Assembly (NCBI RefSeq): GCF_022045235.1
Contig: NW_027266289.1
Span: 434,001 to 498,000 of the forward strand
Length of the DNA: 64,000 bases
Source of the DNA: Haliotis cracherodii
Lineage: Eukaryota
Direction: 5' to 3'
Each line of letters starts with the position of its first letter. Position 1 is the first letter of the stretch. The position numbers and the translations under genes were made by a program. Below the pieces are notes generated by a model that saw only the letters and a program-made list of their open reading frames with translations, ran no database searches and had not been told where the DNA came from. This document shows, piece by piece, positions 53,801 through 64,000 of this stretch.

Positions 53801-56800
53801 ATGACTGCATGTTGACGATGTTATGACTGCGTGTTGACGATGTTATGACTGCGTGTTGACGATGTTATGACTGCATGTTGACGATATAATGACTGTGTGT
53901 TGACGATGTTTTGAGTGCGTCTTGACGATGTTTTGAATGCGTCTTGACGATGTTATGACTGCATGTTGACGATGTTATGACTGCGTATTGACAATGTTAT
54001 GACTGCGTGTTGACAATGTTATGACTGTATGTTGGCGATGTTATGACTGCATGTTGACGATGTTTTGAGTGCGTGTTGAAGATGTTTTGAGTGCGTGTTG
54101 ACGATGTTATGACTGCATGTTGACGATGTTATGACTGCATGTTGACGATGTTTTTACTGCGTGTTGACGATGTTATGACTGCATGTTGACGATCTTATGA
54201 CTGCGTGTTGACGATGTTATTACTGCATGTTGACGATGTTATGTCTGCATGTTGATGATGTTATGACTGCATGTTGACGGTGTTATGACTGCGTGTTGAC
54301 GATGTTTTTACTGCGTGTTGACGATGTTATGACTGCATGTTGACGATCTTATGACTGCGTGTTGACGATGTTATTACTGCATGTTGACGATGTTATGTCT
54401 GCATGTTGATGATGTTATGACTGCATGTTGACGGTGTTATGACTGCGTGTTGACGATCTTATTACTGCATGATGACGATGTTATGTCTGCATGTTGATGA
54501 TGTTATGACTGCATGTTGACGATATTATTACTGCGTGTTGACGATATGTCTTTCAACCTTGCCCTTACTGTAAACATGACTCTTTTAAGGATAACAACTT
54601 ATTTTATTCTTTGTCATGACGTTTCAGAGCTACTTCTTGCTCCTTCGCCTAATGCACGTCCAAGAAGGAGCTCTGAAACGGCGTGCCAGAGACTAATAAT
54701 CTGCTGTCCAGAACAGTGTGATGTTTTCGTTTCCTCGCAACTTCAAAGACTTCATTACTTATTGAATATGTGTATCACAACCCTGATCTTACTATTTAAC
54801 GATATCTCCTGCAACTGTCAACCTTAAGGTCATCCCTGCAGCGAGGTCAAAGGGCAAGTCTTCATTCAGATGTGTTGTTGGTAGCTGAATAACAAAGCAA
54901 AATTATTTATGAATCACACCGGCGCTAAAACCCGAGTTTACACCACTTGAACAAACCGAGTTGCGTGTGTTTCCCGATATCATCCTTTGAGCGTCTAAAT
55001 GGCCATCGTGTATGGCCGTATGCTTGTTCATTTCCTAGCATGCATACCTTGTGGAAATACTGTCTCTCCGTGTGGAGTTACAAATCTGTTCATTGCTGTG
55101 TCGGGCATTCGGATTTCAAACATAAATAAAACTATATCATTCCTCAACTCACAAACTCTATACTCGTGTTGCTTCATGAACAGTTATAGTAAGTCACAAA
55201 ATATTACAGATTTTGTAATATGGCAGGTATGTCACAAAGACACTACATGATTATGGTCAACAAGAGGAACTATGAATACATCCAGACGTACTGTAGACAC
55301 AACGGGCGTTTCAAGGTAACACAATGTCTAAGAACATTGAAACACGTTCAGACATACCATAGACACCACGGGCGTACCAGTGTAACATGACGTGCATTTG
55401 ATTCTCACGCTTTCCCAAGATCCATCTCGCAGACAGGATGAGGTTTCATTTGCAGTGACGACGTTGAAGGGATCCTGGCAAACGTCTTCCACGGCAGTGT
55501 TGATGATGTCTACACCTGGACGGGCGTTGGCCAGTCTGTACCCATCACACGACACTGGAACATTGTATGTGGTGAACTGGAACATTGTTTGTAGTGAACT
55601 GGAACATTGAATGTGGTGAACTGGAACATTGTATGTGGTGAACTGGATCATTGTATGTAGTGAACTGGAACATTGTATGTGGTGAACTGGAACATTGTAT
55701 GTGGTGAACTGGATCATTGTATGTAGTGAACTGGAACATTGTATGTGGTGAACTGGAACATTGTATGTGGTGAATTGGAACATTGTACGTGGTGAATTGA
55801 AACATCGTATGTGGTGAACCGGAACATTGTATGTGGTGAACTGGAGCATTGTATGTGGTGAACTAGAACATTGTATGTGGTGAACTGGAACATTGTATGT
55901 GGTAAACTGGAACATTGAATGTGGTGAACTGTAACATTGTATGTGGTGAACTGTAACATTGTATGTGGTGAACTGGAACACTGTTTGTGGTAAACTGGAA
56001 CATTGTATGTGGTGAACTAGAACATTGTATGTGGTGAACTGTAACATTGAATGTAGTGAACTGTAACATTGTATGTGGTGAACTGGAACATTGAATGTGG
56101 TGAACTGTAACATTGTATGTGGTGAACTGGAACATTGTATGTGATGAACTGGAACATTGTATGTGGTGAACTAGAACATTGTATGTGATGAACTGGAACA
56201 TTGTATGTGGTGAACTGGAACATTGTATGTGGTGAACTGGAACATTGTATGTGATGAACTGGAACAATGTATGTGATGAACTGGAACATTGTATGTGGTG
56301 AACTGGAACATTGTATGTGGTGAACTGGAACATTGTATGTGGTGAACTGGAACATTGTTTGTGGTAAACTGGAACAAAAAATATGTTCGTTTTATACGTC
56401 AGTTTGTTATAAGCGCGTTCGTTATAAACGTAGTTTACTGAATTATGCATTGTTTTTTTATTTTTTATTTCGCTACATTGAATGCGTAGCTGTGTTATAT
56501 GTGGTAACACATGAGGCAAAAGACGGACTTGGCAGGTTATAAGATTTCAAATTCACTTTACTGCAACGGATATTCATGTTTAAATTGTGTAATGAAAGAA
56601 ATGTTCAACAGTTCTTTAACAAGATATGGGGCGGTCGGGTAGCCTAGTGGTTAAAGCGTTCGCTCGTCACGCCGAAGACCCAGGTTCGAATGCCGACATG
56701 GGAACAATGTGTGAAGCCCATTTCTGGTGTCCCCCACCGTGATATTGCTGGAATATTGCTAAAAGCGGCGTAAAACCATACGCACTCACTCATTCTTTCA

Positions 56801-58360
56801 GCAACAGCCACCTGGCATTGTCTTCCAGCACAGACAACCCGAGACCGCATGTCAAGGCTCATACTGAACATTGTGCACAACACGAACATCCACGTTTTAC
56901 CTTGCCCGACTCGTTCACACACTCACTTTAACAAGATGTCTTCCGCATTCTGACTCGTCAACGTGTAAAAATCATTCAAGTTTGATTACGGGTATGTGTT
57001 GGTGGATCTGTGTTTTACCCTGGACAAGTCAATAAATCGTGGTATTCGCCTGCTATATCATTCCTCTTACAATGATTGCAACTTCTTAACTTGGTATACT
57101 TTCACATTGTCCCTTCGCTATCGACAATCAGCGGTTAGTAGATCGTATCTTGATAAGAATTGGAATATTAGGATTGTTCGTCAATCGTAATACGTCGGAT
57201 TATACATGATCAAATATGGGCCAGAAATGTTCTACATAAATATATAAATATATATATATATAAAGCGCAGTAAAGTAAAGCGCAGTAAACTTCTAACACT
57301 CAGACATAATATAGCAATAATTGAATAAGTGGAGTAAGATTGAACACAGTTTTAATTGGCTAGTGCTTTCAGCTCGTACCACGTACGAGTCTCGTCAGGC
57401 CATAACTACTTGATGAGACTCGTACGTGGTACAAGTTGAAAGTGCTAGCACATTATAACTGTATTCAATCTTATTCCAGTTATATAATTATTACAATATA
57501 TATTTGTATAGTCGATGAGTCGATGTATTGGTGGTTCTAGGCCGTGACCACGTCATACCAAAAGACTTCAAAAGATGCTACTTGTTATTGAGAGGATACA
57601 ACGAGGACTTGTCTGCTCGGATGTTGTTTTATCATTCCTGTGAATCAGGATGTCGATCCACGTCAACTATCGACCGTTGAAATTGTTTCTTGCAAATAAT
57701 TACACATGCCGCGTTGACGGAGAAGGAACCAATTGTCGTAATTGCCTCATTAAAATTTTTAAAAAAACTAAGACATCAAATAATGCTTTCTTTCTAAGTG
57801 GGCTTGCGAATCCGAAGTTGTATTGCCGCTAGTGTCAGCAACCCATGGGCGCAAAGTGTCAGAGAGATCAGCTGTCTCCGACGCCGCGGGGTTATCCTAA
57901 ACATACACAAACATCTGTACATTTCAAACGCAGCTGTGATACTTTAATCTCTGAAGTCCTCATACATTTTAGAATCCAATGCGAAAACCTCTACTTGTTT
58001 GAAATGTAATTTAAGCAAAATTCAGATTTTGCACAGTATTTTTTTACTCTTATATAGGGAGATCCATTCGTTTAATTGTTGCATACATTGGCTCGCGTGT
58101 TTGAGAAATTCCTGCGAAGAGTATCATAGCACGAATTAAAAGTATATACATTATAATGATCAGGTAATTTCAAAAGAATTCGTACATGTACAGTCCTGTT
58201 TGACGCAATGCCTGACGCAAAACCACGCACAACGATGACGGTAGTTAAGCGATCTACATGTCTGACTAAATATCTTGGTTTCATTGGAAAAAACTTAAAA
58301 CCAAATAACAGTACGCAGATTGTAAGATAAATGGTATCTGATAGACACTCTTGTATTTAT

Positions 58361-58403
<43 letters not shown>

Positions 58404-59354
58404 GATAATTAAATACCCTTACATAAATACAAGGCACATCACCTTCTACATGCCCCCTTTCTCTAAATGGGCACACATTTATCTCGCTCATGGCAGTAAT
58501 TTACCTCCATTGCTACTTTTATCATAGTGAATTGGGGGAAAGATAAAGCTGAGGTGACACAATGAGTCCAGAGTATATAGAAACATAGAACTGAGATAAA
58601 TACACTTGAAAAATGTAAGTGCGCCATTGACAGCTAAACACAAAACGTGAATGACTCAGTCTCAGTATGTAGCCCCTGTACAACTGACTTATAGCATCTT
58701 ACCCTCTACAGAGACAATACTTGCATGACAGTGAGCTTAACCTTCAACTTCTTTATGTTCATAGTCAGTTATCGTTACATCTCTAAGTCTCTATAGCCTT
58801 GTCGTAATATGACTGAGGATTCGCATTCAAAATCCCTATTATTGTAATTGGCTTGCTGATGCCAAGATCGTTTTTATGCATTTCACGAAGTAACCAAGTT
58901 GCTTCATTTAGACCTAAGAAACGCATTTGAATAAATCATGCACTTACTCAATTATTTCGCCTCAAATAATGATTGCATTTCATTTGTGGGAAAAGTGTTA
59001 AAGTCTTTGGTAAATATTATTCTAAATCCTACCACCATAGTACTGCCATCCAGTTTCAACTGTGCAATCACTGCTTGAATCAAAGCCTTCAGAGTGTAGC
59101 CTGCACGTCCTGGTGAGTGGGTTGTACAAGACCAGGTTACACCGCAGCCGCCACTGACACTGAGAGAAACACTCAACCCTCATGTCCACCTGGTTGATCT
59201 CGTCTATCAGGCTCCCGGAAAACACCAGATCATCCATCTCAGACCTTCTGTGGAATGTCACATTGGTGCAACTGTCCATGTTGTACACCAACTGACTTAA
59301 AACACGGGGAATTTGGTTGACACAGAGCAGAAGGTAGACACCCAACAGGACCAT
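50886..59354 (-). CDS. Gene B: putatively secreted PAN + Sushi-like + galectin-like protein, 309 aa; exons 59354-59033, 55554-55358, 54884-54793, 52595-52394, 51002-50886
   Basis: Leader MVLLGVYLLLCVNQIPRVLSQ; all introns GT-AG, phases 1,0,2,0 identical to gene A; open spliced frame ending ...HSVQIFC-stop; every exon aligns with gene A. Confidence 0.88.
52996..53159 (+). mobile_element. tRNA-derived SINE family A, full length
   Basis: Box A/B head, (ACTC)n tail, 15-bp TSD ACTACTCATACTGCG (52981-52995, 53160-53174). Confidence 0.92.
53424..54545. repeat. 22-bp minisatellite, ~50 copies
   Basis: Unit GTTATGACTGCATGTTGACGAT. Confidence 0.95.
55555..56376. repeat. 22-bp minisatellite, ~37 copies, abutting gene B exon 2
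   Basis: Unit CTGGAACATTGTATGTGGTGAA. Confidence 0.95.
56626..56925 (+). mobile_element. SINE family A with 3' extension of Tc1-derived sequence
   Basis: 12-bp TSD CTTTAACAAGAT at 56614-56625 and 56926-56937 encloses the SINE plus ~130 bp matching 61504-61626. Confidence 0.85.
57330..57478. ncRNA. Inverted repeat of two decayed minimal hammerhead ribozyme motifs (Penelope pLTR-like)
   Basis: Minus 57402-57357: TGGC CTGACGA G ACTCGTAC GTG GTACGAGC T GAAA GCAC TA GCCA; plus 57409-57451: CTTGATGA G ACTCGTAC GTG GTACAAGT T GAAA GTGC TA GCAC. Confidence 0.65.
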
Positions 59355-60779
59355 CGTGGCTTCTTTTAGTGTATACACGTATCTTAATGTCAACCAGTTG
59401 CTAGACACACACTGTCCCCATACACATCAAACTGTCCAATGACACATAATCACACACTGAACAATCGATTCATTTACATTCCTTTTCAAGAAGAGTGCTA
59501 TGTTGGATATATGTACAGTACAACTTATATCAATGGCCTAAGTGTGAGGACACTGAATGAATGTGCTTGATTTGTGGATATAACTCTGTCTGTCTGTTCG
59601 ACGAGCTGACACTCATGTTACGCATGTAGGTAACATTGAAAGTTAATACCAAAAGTCTCCAGGCCATCGTGGTCGTCACAAGCTTAAGATGTTTTAATCA
59701 ATGCACGTCCAATGTGTTTTCTTCACCTATTGACTATTGCCTTGTCTTTGATTCATCGATTGCTTCACGAAGGAAAGAAGCGAACAAGCTGTTGAAGACG
59801 GTAACGTTGCTTTCCCTAAAGAAATCTTTATTCACATACTTGGAGAAGGGTATTCTACATAGATGAGTTCAGAAAAACAAAGCGTTATTGAGCTAGGATG
59901 GATACGAAAAAGGAAGGCTTGGTGTAACGGTCAACATAACATCAAAGTTTTCAAGCTGTATGGAACAACTCCACTACGGGAAGCAAAGAGACTTTGATTA
60001 CAAACCCAATTACAATGTTGATACGAACTGCAGAGTGTTTAAGTACCGAGGGGGGCGTGTCTGTTTGCTGTCCAAGAGCATACGTTTTGTTCTCTGATGG
60101 TAGCTTATGATGATAACAGCAGACACAACTCAGGGTTAAAGGGTTGAAGACAGCAGCCATGTTTATTGTTGCAAGTTGAAATAGGCTGAAATAGTACAAG
60201 TACTGATTAACATATAACAGAACCGAGCGGCCAAGCGTCTGCTTCTGTCGATGACTTGAACCTGTCTCTCTGATTGCCCATGTCAGTCAGGTTTTGTAGA
60301 AAGAGGAATTTCGTAAAGTGATGCAATGTCAAAGGCCCACGTACATTGATAATTGTTGATACAAGTTGATAATAAGAGTAGATATGCCAAATTTTTGTTG
60401 TATAAATAGAACAAAGGGGAGAGAATGTCGGAGCACCTTGGAAACATGTGGAAACAAATAGACATTTTAGATCAATGAAATTGAACGAATTGAAATTGTT
60501 GTTACAATAAGAATAACTCAAAAATTCAAATATGAAATGAAACTTAAATATGTCGGACTTATACAACCAAATATATTCGCTGAAAAAAGCAGGAAAAATC
60601 TACATTTATCGTGAATATCGTGTATTTTGACGAAACGTCTTGGGCTTCGTTGAACGAAATACACGTTCTAAAATACCGTAAAAACTGGTGGCATTATGGG
60701 TACATGAACCAAAAGCCCTGTCTAACCGCTATACAGAGGGAGGGAGAGCCGCTGGTATGGAGCAACAGAGAGCCACGCA

Positions 60780-61700
60780 CGCCGCCATTGTAAGAACGTT
60801 TCTCTGAACCCCTGCCACCATTACCAGATAATGCAACGTTTACATCAGACAGGCGTAGAACCGAGAGACCACGGGTGACAACGCCCATTGAAGACAGCCA
60901 CATCCGGACCATTCATCTCCAAAACTACTTCATTACAGCGATGGCAACTGCAGCGACAGTGACAGCACTGGGACACAGGGTCAGTCTACAGACAGTGTCT
61001 TGGAGATTAAGAGAAGGAGGTATCCTGCTGGGGAGTGATGTTAAGACGTTAACACCGACGTTACAGGTTCACCTGGGCCAGGCGAGTTCGACGTTTGCAA
61101 GTCCGAGACTGGGGATGTGTCTAGTTCTACGATGAGAGCAGATATTGCTGGTACATGAAGCGGCCATAAAATGTCCAAGTCCCGTGATGGGATTCGAACC
61201 ACGGACCTTCTGCTCCGAGGTCGGACGCCTTGTCCACATGGCCAAAGAGGTTAACCCCGTCAGCAAGCTGACAAGGTAAGGAAGCCATCAGTGGGATGAC
61301 TCCACGCCCTGCTACATACAGAAATGATGGTCGGGATCGAGTGTAGAGACGAGAAGGTGAACATTTAGAGTTAAATTGTGTCCATCAAGTTCAACCATTT
61401 GTGGCCAGTAGCGTCATGGTCCGGGGAGGTATCTGTGTGTGGGGCTCGTTATGATTCATTGAAGCCTGAATGCCCAGACATATCGGGATGAAGTTTGAGA
61501 CCTTTCTTTCAGCAAAAGCCACCTGGCATTGTCTTCCATCACAGACAACCCGAGACCGCATGTCAAGGCTCACTAAGAACATTGTGGACAACACGAACAT
61601 TCCCATTTTACCTTGCCCGACTTGTTCTCCGGATGAATTTATAGGACCACATTCACCGACAGCTCAACAGACGACAAGCGTCTCCCAGCAACCGTCAAGA
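60780..61700 (+). mobile_element. Tc1-like transposase remnant interrupted by a tRNA-like insert (~61170-61316)
   Basis: RVTTPIEDSHIRTIHLQNYF...VSLQTVSWRLREGG, FGG-SVMV.GG-like and DNPRPHV-like motifs. Confidence 0.7.
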
Positions 61701-62257
61701 GTTTTCTACATGATTTTGATTTTCTTTCATAGTCTTTCAAACTCTTGGTATACTTTCTTCAGGACATTAGTTTACATTTGGAATTATCTTCTGAAAGCTA
61801 GCATCACATTGGATGCTTCGAAAGGAATGGGTATAAGTATTCATAGCTAAGTAATGATATTTCATGACCTGTGTGATTCTCTTGCCATTGGGAGATCATG
61901 TGTGTAACAAGCTTACATTCTTAAGCAGAAACGATAAACTACAGTCTAGTGCCTTTATAAGTTGCGAGACAAGATCCACAGTCATATCACTTACATGGTG
62001 TAGATGATGCAGTGTCAAAGAAAGTGGTTTGAACCCAGATCGCTTCCTACCGGAACATGGTGCTTGTTGTTACACTGCCTGGCGCAAGGGCTGGTCGGCT
62101 GTTTGACTGCTGTGGCTTAGTTAGGTATCCACGCTAAACTGTAGCATGGTGTCTCAGTGGGTTAGCACTTTACCAAGAGCACTGTAGTTTGATGGTGGTT
62201 CACCACTGTCGTCAAGGATTAAACCTCTCACCCCTTTCATATTCTCTTCCATTATAA

Positions 62258-62426
62258 GGGGCGGTCGGGTAGCCTAGTGGTTAAAGCGTTCGCTCGTCAC
62301 GCCGAAGACCCGGGTACGATTCCCGACATGGGTACAATGTGTAAAGCCCATTTTTGGTGTCCCTCGCCGTGATATTGCTGGAATATTGCTAAAAGCGGCG
62401 TAAAACCATACTCACTCACTCACTCA
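62258..62426 (+). mobile_element. tRNA-derived SINE family A, full length
   Basis: TSD CTCTTCCATT(A/C)TAA at 62244-62257 and 62427-62440; (ACTC)n tail. Confidence 0.92.
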
Positions 62427-62737
62427 CTCTTCCATTCTAACACGTGCTTCACAAGTTGAAGCAATCGTAAAATATAACACGACAAAGTCGGCAGGTTCTG
62501 CCCATCATCCGCAGTGTACATGTGAGACGTTATTCATATTTCAATAATATTTTCACAAATCTGGCCATAATAAAAATATGGTACATCATATTGTTTCCTT
62601 AATGTGGAACTTGACAGAATGTATCTTATTAATTATTTTGCTATAAAAGGAAATTAGTAAAAACATTTTGCGAAAAGCACCTGAAATGTAAAATGTCCAC
62701 AGGTAAGTCTAATAAATTAGAAGTGGAGGCTAAAGCT

Positions 62738-62856
62738 TTTGTTGTTGTTTGTTGTTTTACGCCGCACTCAGCAATATTCTACCTATATGACGGCGGTCTG
62801 TTAATAATCGAGTCTGGACAAGACAATCCAGTGATTGATATAATGAGCATCGATGC
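62738..62856 (-). mobile_element. SINE family B, 3' part
   Basis: Homology to 27262-27380. Confidence 0.75.
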
Positions 62857-63079
62857 TAAAGATGAGATGAGATGAGATGTACCACATGCTGGAGTATCTG
62901 AAACAGTGTGAGCAGCCAGGTGGCCCACACAGAACGATTGGTGAGTCTGGGGGTTTATTGTATCTATCGGGTAATGTTACCCTCCATTCACTCACTTTAT
63001 ATGTTGTTACACATTGTAGTGACGATTGTAGGGATAGTAATTATGTCTCTTCAAGCTAACTACCCGTGGAGGTCGTGGA

Positions 63080-63532
63080 TAGAATTGGTCTTCGGCAACC
63101 CATGCTTGTCTCCCCTGTGAAATCCTGGTTAGAATTGGTTTTCAGCAACCCATGCTTGTCTCCCCTGTGAAATCCTGGTTAGAATTGATCTTCAGCAACC
63201 CATGCTTGTCTCCCCTGTGAAACCTGGTTAGAATTGATCTTCAGCAACCCATGCTTGTCTCCCCTGTGGAATCCTGGTTAGAATTGATCTTCAGCAACCC
63301 ATGCTTGTCTCCCCTGTGAAATCCTGGTTAGAATTGATCTTCAGCAACCCATGCTTGTCTCCCCTGTGGAATCCTGGTTAGAATTGATCTTCAGCAACCC
63401 ATGCTTGTCTCCCCTGTGGAATCCTGGTTAGAATTGATCTTCAGCAACCCATGCTTGTCTCCCCTGTGGAATCCTGGTTAGAATTGATCTTCAGCAACCC
63501 ATGCTTGTCTCCCCTGTGGAATCCTGGTTAGT
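63080..63532. repeat. 50-bp minisatellite, ~9 copies, derived from the SINE B 5' region
   Basis: Unit GAATTGATCTTCAGCAACCCATGCTTGTCTCCCCTGTGGAATCCTGGTTA inside a SINE B copy (63061-63612). Confidence 0.9.
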
Positions 63533-63874
63533 ATTGGTCGCTGGCAAGGATGATGATGCATGTCACTGTATCCCACATGCGTCGATAGATGCTCATGATG
63601 TCAATCACTGGGTTTATCCTGCGCTAGAGTACTATTTTTTAACTATGTTTTAACAGGATGACGTCATGACGCTGTTCAAATTACCTCCCCCGCCATCAAA
63701 CGTATCAATGGTAACATGATACGGGATGGTACATCCACATCAATTATTGGTCAACTTTAAGCTTGTCGAATAGTTGAATATTATTAGCTGAGGGGAAATA
63801 TGGCATCCATCTCTCTTGCCGCGGGGTTATCCAAGACAGATTAAACCACGATGTCCCGTACCACAGCAGCCAGA

Positions 63875-64000
63875 GGGGCGGTCGGGTAGCCTAGTGGTTA
63901 AAGCGCTCGCTCGTCACGCCGAATACCCGGGTTCGATTCACCAACATTGGTACAATGTGTGAAGCCCATTTCTGGTGTCCCCTGCCGTGATATTACTGGA
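63875..64000 (+). mobile_element. SINE family A, cut by the window edge
   Basis: GGGGCGGTCGGGTAGCCTAGTGGTTAAAGCG...GGTTCGATTC. Confidence 0.9.

Overview
Repeat-rich eukaryotic (invertebrate) genomic DNA. The SINEs, TTAGGG repeats and ankyrin repeat style suggest a mollusc such as abalone; this is inference. The main content is a pair of convergent paralogous 5-exon genes that the ORF track misses and that I reconstructed from GT-AG sites and intron phases: gene A (+, 8314-23190) and gene B (-, 59354-50886). Each encodes a ~310 aa protein with a putative signal peptide, a PAN/apple domain, a Sushi/CCP-like module and a degenerate galectin-fold domain. Gene A has three tandem ATG-bearing PAN first exons (114, 8314 and a truncated copy at 16558) but only one visible set of downstream exons, which suggests a variable-first-exon/constant-region locus. 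A disrupted ankyrin-repeat gene (204-bp tandem units) lies between the paralogs. The rest comprises a decayed Ngaro-type tyrosine-recombinase retrotransposon, Tc1/mariner, LINE and Penelope relics, several SINE families, many minisatellites and one assembly gap. Notable small structures are a head-to-head telomeric insertion with a 15-bp target duplication, an inverted pair of decayed hammerhead ribozymes, a SINE carrying a captured Tc1 fragment inside its TSD, and minisatellites built from splice sites.
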